A DNA stretch of 64,000 nucleotides from contig DAIEMC010000105.1 of assembly GCA_027341385.1 (NCBI GenBank), positions 1,249-65,248 on the forward strand, in the 5' to 3' direction. Below the pieces are notes generated by a model, which saw only the letters and a list, made by a program, of their open reading frames with translations, ran no database searches and was not told the DNA's origin. The DNA comes from Acidimicrobiaceae bacterium. Its GTDB lineage: Bacteria; Actinomycetota; Acidimicrobiia; Acidimicrobiales; Acidimicrobiaceae. Shown piece by piece: positions 1-9,983 of this stretch. Each line of letters opens with the position of its first letter. Position 1 is the stretch's first letter. Position numbers and translations under genes: made by a program.

Positions 1-186
1 CACCCACTTGACCTCGTACCCCTCATCCATCAGCACCCTGGAGAGCAGGTCGAAAGTGAGAAAGACGGCGGCATGGCCGAGGTGTGAGGCGTCGTACGGG
101 GTGATCCCGCAGCTGTACATGGTCACGACGCTGTCCTTGGGTACGAACTCCTTGACAGCGCCGGACGCCGAGTCGTAAAGCCTCAT
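1..186 (-). CDS. mshC: MshC-like cysteine ligase / CysRS-family protein, N-terminal part (runs off window start)
   Basis: Manual translation MRLYDSASGAVKEFVPKDSVVTMYSCGITPYDASHLGHAAVFLTFDLL; the CGITPYD..HLGHAA motif is typical of MshC rather than CysRS (CGPTVY). Not in the ORF track. Confidence 0.7.
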   Translation of the reverse strand, partial: MRLYDSASGAVKEFVPKDSVVTMYSCGITPYDASHLGHAAVFLTFDLLSRVLMDEGYEVKWV

Positions 187-852
187 TCAGGACTCCCTAA
201 TTCCGGACAATTGCAGCGACGTTCTCGTCTTGTAACGGATATTCACGTTAATAAGGACGGCCGTCATAGCCTCAATCGCCGCGGCGGCGGAAAGATTCCC
301 CGCCAGCACTCCCCGCGCGCCTGGTATCTCCGCGACCAGGGCCGCGACCGCGTCCGCCGCCGCGGCGTCGTCCGAGCAGACCAGCACGTCGGAGTGCAAG
401 GGCTCGCCCACCACCCCGAGCTCCTTCGCGGGCACGTGGTGAAAGGCGGCCACAACCCTGGCCTCCGGCACGGCGGAGCGAAGGTGCTCGGCCACCGATC
501 CGCGTGGGAGCATCAGCGCGCCCATATTCCTGCCTTCGCGGTACAGGGCATTGGCCATGGAGATAACCACCTTGCCGGCCAAGGCGGCCGACAGGGGGCG
601 CACGGTGGCCTCTACGCCATCCCAGGGAGTGGCGACAACGATCATGTCGCACGCGGCCGCGGCGGCGTTCTCGGCACCTTCCAGAGTCGGAAGTGCCTCG
701 CCGAGCCGCTCGCGCAGATCGGCCACCACGCCCTCCGCCCTGGCTGCGTCACGCGAGCCGAGCACCACCCGATGCCCCAGGTACGCGTAGCGCGCCGCGA
801 GCGAGGACCCCGCCGGACCGGTCCCGCCTATCACTCCGATGCTCTGTGCCAC
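187..852 (-). CDS. npdG: NADPH-dependent F420 reductase
   Basis: IGVIGGTGPAG Rossmann motif, VVLGSRD, VVAAFHHVPA, AIEAMTAVLINVNIRYK; GTG start at 852 after AGGAG; stop abuts next ATG. Confidence 0.88.
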   Translation of the reverse strand: MAQSIGVIGGTGPAGSSLAARYAYLGHRVVLGSRDAARAEGVVADLRERLGEALPTLEGAENAAAAACDMIVVATPWDGVEATVRPLSAALAGKVVISMANALYREGRNMGALMLPRGSVAEHLRSAVPEARVVAAFHHVPAKELGVVGEPLHSDVLVCSDDAAAADAVAALVAEIPGARGVLAGNLSAAAAIEAMTAVLINVNIRYKTRTSLQLSGIRES

Positions 853-965
853 AAGCTCCTCCAAAATCCGCGACCCATCCGACCAAGCACCCCTGGAGCA
901 GGCATTAGCCTGCATGGAGGTTGCGACGGGCCTGTGCGCACAAGGCTAAATGACGGAGGCGGGAA

Positions 966-1739
966 ATGGGCATTCTGGATGGGAAGAGGATCCTCATCAC
1001 CGGAGTACTCAATGACCAGTCGCTCGCGTTCGCGACAGCGCGGGTTGCCCAGGCAGAGGGTGCGCAGGTGCTGCTCACCGGCTTTGGCCGGGGCATGTCG
1101 ATCACCCAGCGCGTGGCCAGGAAACTAGATCCCGTTCCCGAAGTCCTCGAGCTCGACGTGACCGTGCCCGAGCACTTCGACAACCTCGCCGGCGCCATCG
1201 CCGAGCGCTTCGACGCACTCGATGGCGTCCTGCACTCGATCGGTTTCGCTCCGGCGGCCTGCCTGGACGACGACATCTTCCTGGCCGGCTGGGAGGACGT
1301 GGCAACTGCGCTCCAGGTATCTGCGTATTCCCTGGCGCCACTGGTCAAGTCCCTCCTCCCCTTGCTCGAGCGCGGCAGCCACCCCTCGGTGATCGGCCTC
1401 GACTTCGACGCCACAGTCGCCTGGCCCGGCTACAACTGGATGGGCGTGGCCAAGGCCGCGCTGGAGTCGCTCAGCCGTTACATGGCCCGTGAGGCCGGGA
1501 AGCACGGCGTGAGGGTGAACCTCGTCTCGGCCGGGCCGATGCGCACGATAGCCGCAAAGCCGGTGCCTGGGTTCTCGGACTTCGAGTCGGTATGGGACGT
1601 GCGCGCGCCTCTGGGATGGAGCGCCACCGACCCCGAGCCGGTTGCCCGCTCGGTGGTCGCCCTGCTTTCCGATTTCTTCCCCGCCACTACCGGCGAGCTC
1701 ATCCACGTGGACGGGGGTTTCCACGCGATAGGGGCATAG
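966..1739 (+). CDS. fabI: Enoyl-ACP reductase (InhA/FabI)
   Basis: GKRILITGV, LHSIGFAP, YNWMGVAKAALES (Y-x6-K), VNLVSAGP, TTGELIHVDGG. Confidence 0.93.
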   Translation: MGILDGKRILITGVLNDQSLAFATARVAQAEGAQVLLTGFGRGMSITQRVARKLDPVPEVLELDVTVPEHFDNLAGAIAERFDALDGVLHSIGFAPAACLDDDIFLAGWEDVATALQVSAYSLAPLVKSLLPLLERGSHPSVIGLDFDATVAWPGYNWMGVAKAALESLSRYMAREAGKHGVRVNLVSAGPMRTIAAKPVPGFSDFESVWDVRAPLGWSATDPEPVARSVVALLSDFFPATTGELIHVDGGFHAIGA

Positions 1740-1853
1740 CCCGCCCCGGACACTCGACCCGTCTCTCGGCCCCGATCCCCTGGGGCGCGAAGCCAATGGC
1801 CAGGACACAAGCCGATCATTTCGGCGCGGCACCGCGACAGGCGGCGGCTGCTC

Positions 1854-2375
1854 TCAGGCCCCCGCAGACCGGCCTATTCGCCTCTGGAGCTCGTCCGAGA
1901 CGCCGACAAGGAAGGCGCGCACCGTCGACTCGGCCATGCGATGCATGATCAGTCGGTCGATGCGCTCGCCGAGCGTCCCCAGAGGGGCGCGATAGCTTCC
2001 CCGCAGTTCGATGCGCACGTTTCCAGGCTCCACCTCGGAGAACTCCAGGTCGGCCTCGAGGTGCGGGAAGAGGAACGGGGTCGAGGTGGCGGTCCATGCC
2101 ATCGAGACCAGCACGCACCCCAGAGCGCGGCGGACCTGGCCCAGCTCGATCTTCACCCGCTTGCTCAGCATCCCTCCGGGCCCGACCCTGCTCAGGAAGG
2201 TCTGGTCCGAAATCGCCTGCTCAGCCGCGAATCCAAGCCAGCTGCCGTGGTCCTCCTCGATCTGGGCGGCGACATCCTCGAACGCCGCCTTCAAGTGGAT
2301 GAAGTCCAGGACAAAGGTCGCAGAACCTTCGAACTCCTCATCACCTGACGATCCAGCAATCTCCTCGATTGCCAT
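1854..2375 (-). CDS. Hypothetical protein, SRPBCC/START-like fold possible
   Basis: Coding-like ORF ending ...LFPHLEADLEF...GSYRAPLG..G..IDRLIMHRMAESTVRAFL, resembling actinobacterial cyclase-like proteins. Confidence 0.55.
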   Translation of the reverse strand: MAIEEIAGSSGDEEFEGSATFVLDFIHLKAAFEDVAAQIEEDHGSWLGFAAEQAISDQTFLSRVGPGGMLSKRVKIELGQVRRALGCVLVSMAWTATSTPFLFPHLEADLEFSEVEPGNVRIELRGSYRAPLGTLGERIDRLIMHRMAESTVRAFLVGVSDELQRRIGRSAGA

Positions 2376-2668
2376 CGGGTCTCCCTCGAGTTCCACGCTC
2401 CGAACGCAGCCAGCCCTCCGCAAAGCGATGCTTCACTTCGAATCGCACCCCCAAGCGCGGCGGAGTATTATCGGCAGTGGCACGGAGACGAGCTTTCCGC
2501 GCCGAAGCGCTGCTTCACCTGCTCATCGAGTTTGGCCGAGACCGCCAATATCCGCTTAGGGCATTTGGTCACATTCACCCGTGCCTGCCAGCCCCTCATC
2601 CGCCCGCGAATGGCTCATGCCGACACGTCCTCCCGGACCTCGAAGACACGAGACCTGGAGATGCAGCC

Positions 2669-3514
2669 ATGCCGCCAACCCGCTTTCTAACCACGCTCGT
2701 CGCCTGTGCCCTGGGCACAACACTGGTGATGACGCCCACGCCGGCCGGAGCCTCCGGCAACCCGGCCACCGCCTCCGGGGGAGACGGAAGATACACCATC
2801 ACGCTTTACACGCTCGCCTCGGCGACGGCACCGGGCAATCCCGGATCGGCGAAGGTGCTGATCACTCCCGACGGACGGCGTATCTATCCCGTGATGTTCC
2901 CCACGATCACCACCAATTCCCAATTGTTCGCCAACACTCCCTGCATCGCCGTCTTCTTCGAGTACTACTCGAACGTCAAGCAGGCCTCGGCGGTGAACTT
3001 CTCGCCTCAGCTGCTCTATCTGCTGAGCCGCCGCTATCCACTTTGCCGCTACCGCCCGGTCAAGGTCACGACGAGCCCGACTCCGCCCAGCGACAGCCAG
3101 GAGTTGATCCGCTCCAGCATCACCAGGGTGCTGCCGGTTCCGTCTCCGTCGATGGATCCCGGGTACGGGGTGGCCGGCCTCGCGTCGTTCCTCTCCACGC
3201 AGGCGCGTCTTGAAGATGCGCTGCAAGCGCAGCTCCCCGGCGGTGGCGTCCACGCTCTCGCACAGGGGACCCTCACGGTCGACTGGGGTGACGGATCGCC
3301 ACCCGCCGGGCCGACCACGGCCACAGGAGGCCCATGGCCCCTAGGGGACCTGCGTCACAACTACTCCCCCGGTTGCTACGAGGTGAGCGTGACCGTGAAC
3401 TGGCTGGTGCGCTACCAAGCGGCCGGCCGAAGTGGAACCCTGAGCGGGATCAAGACTTCGGGTGTCATTCCTCGCTACTGCGTCTACCAGGTCGCCTCGG
3501 TCATGCTCCGCTAG
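2669..3514 (+). CDS. Secreted protein with C-terminal PKD-like beta-sandwich
   Basis: Signal peptide (MPPTRFLTTLVACALGTTLVMTPTPAGA), TVDWGDGS motif, H.Y..G.Y.V.VTV.W pattern, Cys pairs. Confidence 0.6.
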   Translation: MPPTRFLTTLVACALGTTLVMTPTPAGASGNPATASGGDGRYTITLYTLASATAPGNPGSAKVLITPDGRRIYPVMFPTITTNSQLFANTPCIAVFFEYYSNVKQASAVNFSPQLLYLLSRRYPLCRYRPVKVTTSPTPPSDSQELIRSSITRVLPVPSPSMDPGYGVAGLASFLSTQARLEDALQAQLPGGGVHALAQGTLTVDWGDGSPPAGPTTATGGPWPLGDLRHNYSPGCYEVSVTVNWLVRYQAAGRSGTLSGIKTSGVIPRYCVYQVASVMLR

Positions 3515-3519
3515 GGGCC

Positions 3520-6500
3520 TCAGGACTCTCCGGCCCGCATTGACCCCAGGTACTCCTCGATCAGGAACTCCAACTCATGCGGGCCGGCGGGCGGGGATTC
3601 GATTTCGCGATATCCCTCCTCGCTCACGAAGAGGAAGGTGGCGCCCGCCACCGGCAGCGGAGCGGCCGCACGGGCCAGGGCCAGCTGATAGACGGCTCCC
3701 TGCACGCCGTATGTCCGCATGCGCTCCTCAGCACGAGCCATGCCGGCAGGGGTGACCACCTTGTAGTCGACGATTCGAAGGCCCTTGGGCGTCTCGTAGG
3801 CCAGGTCGATGACGGCATCCAGCATTGCGCCGGACTCGAGCCGGATGCTGGCGTGAAATTCCCGGAGTGGCTGCGCCGCGGCGCGCACGCACGGCGCTCC
3901 GAGGGCAATCCCCAGGCACGCGATTGCGCGGCGCACGACCTGAGGAGCCGCGGGCTCCCGCGCCAGCCGTGTGCGAGCGCTCGCGATAACCGCCTCGGGG
4001 TCGGAAAGGTCGACTTGGGCGAGCAGGCGGTGCACCAGGCGGCCCACCTCAAGACCCTCCTCACCAGCGCCGCCCGCGTACTCCGCCGCCACCTCGGCAT
4101 CGCCACGCTTGGACGCGAGGTAGGCCATTAGGGCCGTAGCGGTCACCAAAGGCATTGGAGTCGCGGCTTCGACCAACCGGACCCGGCGGGCAAGCCAGTC
4201 CGCCGGTTCAGGAGGCTCGAAGGGCGGGACCCCACTCGCCACAACCACGCCGGCCGGCGCTCCCAAGACGACCGATTCGGGGGCGAGCGGAGAGCGCGCG
4301 GCTATCAGCTGATAGGCGCACTTGGCCTCCGCAGCGGATACACCATCGGCGCCCGAGTCCGCGGGCCCGGGCTCCTCCACCGCTGCGGGAATAGTGACAA
4401 CCAGGTGGTCTCGCGCCCGGGTGGCCCCGACATAGAGCAGGCGCACGGCCTCCTCACGGAGCTCCTGCTGCTCCTGCTTGCGAGCCGCCTCGACTCCTCG
4501 CGTCCTGATGTCGCCTTTGACGTCCACCTCCAGGCCGTCAAGGCCGCGATAGAGGCCAGGGGGCTTGGGCGCTCGGCTGAGCTCGCCATTCATGCCGGTC
4601 AGTATCACCACCGGGAATTCGAGCCCCTTGGCCGCGTGCACGGTCATTATCCTCACCGCGTCCACCTCGAGGTCAGCGCCGTCAGCCTCGGTGACCTTGG
4701 CGTCTTCAGCGCCAATCCGATAGACGAAGTCAACGTATGAGTGCAGGCTCGGCGAGACCTCCACGGCAAAGGAACGTGCCTCCGCCGCCACCTCTTCGAG
4801 CCGTCGCCAAACCGAGTCTCTGTCCTCGTCCAGGGCCGCCCACTCCATCAGGCGCATGCCGTCGATGGCCAACTGGGTCAGCTCTCCACAGTCGAGGCTG
4901 GAGCGCCCGGCCTGCAGCGAAGTGAGCAGGTCGAGCGGCTCTTTGAGTGACGCGGGAACCGACTGATGTCGGCCCGCCCTTGCCGCGGCTGCCGCCTCCC
5001 GTAGGCTCCCGAAGGGTAGCGCGAAGTCATGGAGGTCCTGGGCCGATACGCCAAGCGCCGGCGCCATGAGAGCGTCGAACAGCGCCTTGGCGTCGTGCGG
5101 ACGCGCGGCTGAGCGCAGCACCGCAAGAAGATCCCTAATCAACGGCTCCGCGTAGATCAGGGTGGTGTTCGAATCCGTATAGGGGATCCGCCTGCTCTGC
5201 AGTTCCGTGAGAAGAAGCTTGAGGCCGGTGCGCCTGGGCATCAGTATGGCGATGTCGCCGTAGCGCGCCCTGCGGATGCCATCCTTGTCCTCGACCTCGT
5301 AGGCACCCTCGACCACCTCTTGCGCGGCGGCGGCCAGCTGGGCCTCGGCACGCATCCGCTGCTCGGACCTCCTGAGTTCAACCTCGCCGGCGGGGCTGAC
5401 GAGCCTGACGGCCGGGCCGGCGAGCGTCGGCTCCCGAGCCGCCACTAGCGCCGCGCCGGAAATGGGAAGGTTCTGCTCGAGCAACTCTCCGAATGTCCGG
5501 TTCACCCAAGTGGTGATCTCCCGGCGGGAGCGGAAGTTGACGACCAGCGGCACGCGATTAGCACTCGGGACCGCCTCTGCCGCCGAAAGGTAGGAGCGGA
5601 CATCGGCTCCCCGGAAGCGGTAGATGGACTGCCGAGGGTCGCCGACGAAAAACAGCGGGGCCAGGTCGCCATCGAGGGAGACCAGGGACTCGCCCACTCC
5701 GGTAAGCGCCCTGATCAGACGGACCTGCTGTGGGTCCGTGTCCTGGAACTCGTCAACGAGAATTACCCTGAACCGGCCGCGGATCTCCTCCAGCGTCGCA
5801 GCGTCCGCGTGATCGAGCAGTTCGACCGCCGCCCACAGAAGGTCGTCGTAGGTGACCTCGCCGGAGGCGATCCTTTCAGTCCGTGCGGTGGCGACGAACT
5901 CAGCGGCGAAACGCCCCGCGGAGGCGGCCACCGCTTCGCCGAGTCGCGCGACGAGGTCCTCGATCTCCTCGCGCGCGGACTTGACCTCCGCTCGGGTCGC
6001 CTTGACGTCGGCTCCGGCCTTAGACCACGCCGCCCCGGTTCCAAGGTTCCCGACCTTCATCCTTGCGGCGGTGGAGGCGAGCGCGGTGAGGGTTCCGGCA
6101 ACATCGCCGCTCTTTGCCTGGCTCCTCAGCGTGCGTGCACTCTCAACCAGCTCCGTAAGCCGCTCGGCAAGAGGGTCACCGGCGCCCAGTAGGGCTGCAA
6201 ATGATTCGGCCGGCGGCAGGGGGGCCACCCGCTCAGCCACAGCGATGACCTCGCTGAGCACCTGCTGTTCGGACGGCAATTGGTGGTCGGGAAACTCTTC
6301 TCCGGCGGAGAGGGTGCCGGCTGCGCCGTCGATGGCCTCCACCAGCTTGGCAATGTGATTGGGACCGCCATCCAGATCGGCGAGCCACCCGAACAGTATT
6401 CGAGTCTCCTCTTCCTCCAACGCCGCCTCGATGTATGAGGCCCACGAGCGTTGGAGTTGCACCGCCGATGCAACGGGTTCAAGCACCCTGAATACCATGG

Positions 6501-6864
6501 GCAGACCGACCACGGCACCCCAGCCCTCGAGCAAGGTCTGCGCGAAGCCGTGGATTGTCCCGATACTGGCGGAGGCGAGTTGCTCGATGGCAGCCCGATA
6601 AAGCCCGGAGCGTGGCTCCTCGGTGTCGTTTGCCTTTGGCTCGAGTTCGCCGCGGATGCGAACCCTCAACTCGTTGGCGGCCCGGCGGGTAAAGGTTATG
6701 GCCGCGATGGAATCCATCGGGACTCCTGACTCCACCAGCGAGATGATCCTGGATACCAGAGAGGTCGTCTTGCCGGTACCCGCCCCGGCCATGACGAAGA
6801 GCGTGCTGGCGACGTCGGTGGCGATTCTTGCGCGATGCCCGCGATCCTCAGGCTCCGGCACCAT
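3520..6864 (-). CDS. addA: AddA-type UvrD helicase with C-terminal RecB-like nuclease
   Basis: Walker A AGAGTGKT, ILVDEFQDT, FFVGDPRQSIYRFRGAD, NFRS, MTVHAAKGLEFP, LLYVGATRARD; nuclease IDL...VDYK...Q..VY. Confidence 0.85.
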   Translation of the reverse strand: MVPEPEDRGHRARIATDVASTLFVMAGAGTGKTTSLVSRIISLVESGVPMDSIAAITFTRRAANELRVRIRGELEPKANDTEEPRSGLYRAAIEQLASASIGTIHGFAQTLLEGWGAVVGLPMVFRVLEPVASAVQLQRSWASYIEAALEEEETRILFGWLADLDGGPNHIAKLVEAIDGAAGTLSAGEEFPDHQLPSEQQVLSEVIAVAERVAPLPPAESFAALLGAGDPLAERLTELVESARTLRSQAKSGDVAGTLTALASTAARMKVGNLGTGAAWSKAGADVKATRAEVKSAREEIEDLVARLGEAVAASAGRFAAEFVATARTERIASGEVTYDDLLWAAVELLDHADAATLEEIRGRFRVILVDEFQDTDPQQVRLIRALTGVGESLVSLDGDLAPLFFVGDPRQSIYRFRGADVRSYLSAAEAVPSANRVPLVVNFRSRREITTWVNRTFGELLEQNLPISGAALVAAREPTLAGPAVRLVSPAGEVELRRSEQRMRAEAQLAAAAQEVVEGAYEVEDKDGIRRARYGDIAILMPRRTGLKLLLTELQSRRIPYTDSNTTLIYAEPLIRDLLAVLRSAARPHDAKALFDALMAPALGVSAQDLHDFALPFGSLREAAAAARAGRHQSVPASLKEPLDLLTSLQAGRSSLDCGELTQLAIDGMRLMEWAALDEDRDSVWRRLEEVAAEARSFAVEVSPSLHSYVDFVYRIGAEDAKVTEADGADLEVDAVRIMTVHAAKGLEFPVVILTGMNGELSRAPKPPGLYRGLDGLEVDVKGDIRTRGVEAARKQEQQELREEAVRLLYVGATRARDHLVVTIPAAVEEPGPADSGADGVSAAEAKCAYQLIAARSPLAPESVVLGAPAGVVVASGVPPFEPPEPADWLARRVRLVEAATPMPLVTATALMAYLASKRGDAEVAAEYAGGAGEEGLEVGRLVHRLLAQVDLSDPEAVIASARTRLAREPAAPQVVRRAIACLGIALGAPCVRAAAQPLREFHASIRLESGAMLDAVIDLAYETPKGLRIVDYKVVTPAGMARAEERMRTYGVQGAVYQLALARAAAPLPVAGATFLFVSEEGYREIESPPAGPHELEFLIEEYLGSMRAGES

Positions 6865-9800
6865 TCCCCCCTTCCGTCACGGTGAAAAAGCGCTGCCAGA
6901 ACTCCCCTTCAATTGGCGCGCCGTGGCCATCGCCCGGTTCGCCGCCTATGAGCGCATCGGCGAGCAGCTTGCGCCTCCACGTGTCCGTGCCCGTCAGAGG
7001 GTCGCAATAGGAGCAGCCGTAGCCTGAGCCGTTGTCGTGCGCCCCCGGCGGGAAGAGGCCTGCCTCCATCGCTCCGATCGCCATCGAGGCCACCTCAGCC
7101 AACTCCGCCAGCTCATCAGGCCCCACCTCCAGCCTCCGATAGCCCTTGCGCTCGGAGATGAACCAGTACCAGCCGGTGATGTGAGAGGCGTCGGCGCCGA
7201 ATTCGGAATCAGCCACCTCTTCGAGCAGCCATGCGTAAAGGGCCAGCTGCACCTTGTGCGGCTCCGGCCGATTGCCCACCCGGTAGCCGTCCCAGGAGCC
7301 GGTCTTATAGTCGATCACCGCCAACCGGCCATCCTTGAGATCAAGGCGGTCGATCTTACCCACCAGGGTGACGGTGGCGTCGCGCCCGTGCGTGGCCGTG
7401 AATTGGTAAGGCTTCTCGAGCTTGCGCTCCAGGCCGACCGTGCCGCCACTTTGCGCCGTGAAATCGGCGTCCATCTCGACGAAGCGCGCGACCTCCCGTT
7501 CTATGCGTGACAGCTCGCGCTCAAGCCAGAATCGCCGGGAGGCTGATGCCGCCCCCATGCGCGCCCGGAGGCGGGCAAGCTCCGTCCGGGCAAGCTCCAC
7601 GGCCGCCGTCTTGGCCGCGGGGACCTCGCCCGGCGTGGCATTGCCATTGCTGCGCACCACCGCCTCGAGAATCCTGTGGATCAAAGTTCCCCGCTGGAGG
7701 GGGTCAAGAGCGTACCTGCTCTCCGGCTCGGCCACCTCCTCGATGCCGAGCACCCGCTCGCCGAAGTACCTGAAAGGACACCCCAGCCAGGTCTCGACGG
7801 CGGTCGTCGACAACCTGTGCGGTGCACCCCGCTGAACCGGTACCGTTCCCGCCGCGCGCACCTGCTCCAGGGGGGAGCGGGATCGCAGCCTCGGCAGGGA
7901 TCGCAGCCGCCGCCCTTCGTCCAGGGCCGCTCCGGGCATCTCGGGCCTGGCAATGGCGAGCGCCCTTCCGAGATCGGAGAGAGTGCCCGTCGCCCCGGCC
8001 GATTCGGCGAGAAACGCGCTGCGAGAGGAGATCGAGCGGCTACTCGTGGCAACGCCCGCACCCTCACACAGCCTCTTGGCGCGCTGAATCCAAGGAGAGG
8101 CGAACAAAGACTCCGCGCGGCGGCTCGCCGAACGCGGCCGGCACAGGATTGCGCGCGACGCCATCCGCAGCTGGGCATGGAAGATCCATTCCGAGAAGGC
8201 CTCGCGATCCGCAAGCGATTGGAGTCCGGCCATCAGGCGCGCGCTCTCCGAAAGCAGCCCGCGCGCCGGCCGGCGCGGATACGACTGCTCGTCCATGCCC
8301 AGCACGACAACCAGCCGGTATGTGGCGGGCAGGAAGGCGTCGATGGCGGCGATGCGGACCCCGGCCGGCTCGGGCTTGGACGCCGAGGGCGGCTCGGCCA
8401 GAAGGTCGAGCGCCATGAAAAGCGCCTCTTCACTGGGCATCTCGCCCAGACCGTCGAGAACGCGCAGCGTGCGAAGAGAATTCACCAGCGCAGAGGAGTG
8501 GTCCTCATGCCCATCCTCGGAGAAGAGAAGTGGCAGATCACGCTTCAACTCTCCGTAGAACCTGCGAGCGGCGAATGCGACACTCTCCCAACTCTGGCCC
8601 GCCAAGGCCTCCTCCAGGTTGGAGGCGCTCTCACGCAGCCCAACGAGATAGGAGGCGAGCCGGCGCAGATCGCCACGGTCGGAACGCCGCCTCAGCTCTC
8701 CGAGAAGAGCTGATCCCTCGTCGTCTCCCTCTCCCATTACCGCCGCGGCCCACGTGAACAGGTTCCCGGTCAGGTCGGCGGCTTTGGTCAGCTCCTCGAC
8801 ACGAGCCGATTCGAGACCAAGGCGCGAGTTGCCCAACTCCACCATCGAAGCCAACTCCACCAGGTCTGTCCGCAGGCCTGAACGAGCGAAGGCGAGGGCG
8901 CCGGCGAGCACAAGTACGGCTCTGTCCCGCACCTTGGATCTCGCACGGGTTGCGTTCACGGGGATCAATGCGTCCGCAAAGGCCCTCAGAAGGCGGTCGA
9001 CGTATTCGCCCTCGTCGGAGACGAGGATCGCGATCTCGTCCAAGGCCAGCCCACGCTCGGCCGCCGCAAGAACCTCACCCAGGGCCACCTCGACCTCGCT
9101 CGGGCGGTCGGGGCAATCGACGACCGTGAGCTCGGGCCAGCCGGCCGGACGCGTCACGATCGAATCGGCCAGATCCCAGCGCGAGCGAGCGCGCCGGTCC
9201 AACTCCGGAATCCCGACCTCGAGCTCAATAGTCCTTATTGGCACCATTCCCCCGAGCTTCCTAAAGAAGGCCTCGGCCACGGGGGGAAGGTTGACCAAAT
9301 TGAACAGGACGACCGCCCCAATCTTTGCGACACGTTCAGCCGCGCCCGCTGATTCGAGTCCTCGCAGTGCGGCCGACAGCGTCTCGGTCTCCAGCCCGAC
9401 CCCTCGAGCCGCGGCCTGGCGCCGCACGCCCGAGGCCACGCGAAAGGCCAGGCGAGAGCGCCCGTCGAGAGGACGCATGCTCGTCCAGCGGTCGTCGGGC
9501 GCGGCAGCGAGTTCGAAGATGGAGCGGGCAAGCGCGGTGACGAGGTTCGCGTCCATGCGCGGAGGCGGCCCTTCGGCCTCGGCAGGCCACTCCGCCAGGA
9601 TTCGGCCCAGCTCGCTTCGGATCAGCGATTCCAGCTCGAAGCCGGTGGCCGGGCGCCAGGCGTCCTCGGGAAGGAGGCTCTCGGCGACTCGTCTCGCAAG
9701 ATTGAGGGGCGTGATGAATTCGACCAGCAGCAGGGATCCGGCCGCCTTGGTGAGTCGGCGGCGCAGCACGCTTCCGGCGGCGAGCGACGGCACGACCACC

Positions 9801-9910
9801 GTGACCGGGGTTGCGGGCGCGGCGCCCTTCAGTTCCGCAACTGCGGACGCGAGCGCCCTTAGGCCCGGGTCCACTCCTTCCACCCGCGCATCGCTGGACT
9901 CAGAAGCCAA
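6848..9910 (-). CDS. addB: AddB-type PD-(D/E)XK nuclease subunit
   Basis: No Walker A; C-terminal LSTTAVETWLGCPFRYF, RGTLIHRILE, GKIDRLD, IDYKTG, QLALY, CSYC; overlaps addA start. Confidence 0.8.
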   Translation of the reverse strand: MASESSDARVEGVDPGLRALASAVAELKGAAPATPVTVVVPSLAAGSVLRRRLTKAAGSLLLVEFITPLNLARRVAESLLPEDAWRPATGFELESLIRSELGRILAEWPAEAEGPPPRMDANLVTALARSIFELAAAPDDRWTSMRPLDGRSRLAFRVASGVRRQAAARGVGLETETLSAALRGLESAGAAERVAKIGAVVLFNLVNLPPVAEAFFRKLGGMVPIRTIELEVGIPELDRRARSRWDLADSIVTRPAGWPELTVVDCPDRPSEVEVALGEVLAAAERGLALDEIAILVSDEGEYVDRLLRAFADALIPVNATRARSKVRDRAVLVLAGALAFARSGLRTDLVELASMVELGNSRLGLESARVEELTKAADLTGNLFTWAAAVMGEGDDEGSALLGELRRRSDRGDLRRLASYLVGLRESASNLEEALAGQSWESVAFAARRFYGELKRDLPLLFSEDGHEDHSSALVNSLRTLRVLDGLGEMPSEEALFMALDLLAEPPSASKPEPAGVRIAAIDAFLPATYRLVVVLGMDEQSYPRRPARGLLSESARLMAGLQSLADREAFSEWIFHAQLRMASRAILCRPRSASRRAESLFASPWIQRAKRLCEGAGVATSSRSISSRSAFLAESAGATGTLSDLGRALAIARPEMPGAALDEGRRLRSLPRLRSRSPLEQVRAAGTVPVQRGAPHRLSTTAVETWLGCPFRYFGERVLGIEEVAEPESRYALDPLQRGTLIHRILEAVVRSNGNATPGEVPAAKTAAVELARTELARLRARMGAASASRRFWLERELSRIEREVARFVEMDADFTAQSGGTVGLERKLEKPYQFTATHGRDATVTLVGKIDRLDLKDGRLAVIDYKTGSWDGYRVGNRPEPHKVQLALYAWLLEEVADSEFGADASHITGWYWFISERKGYRRLEVGPDELAELAEVASMAIGAMEAGLFPPGAHDNGSGYGCSYCDPLTGTDTWRRKLLADALIGGEPGDGHGAPIEGEFWQRFFTVTEGGNGAGA

Positions 9911-9983
9911 CCCTCACCCCTCAAGACGCCGCTTCCCGGCCGCGTGGACTCATCCTACGACGGGGGTGCGACGCTCCGGGGCA

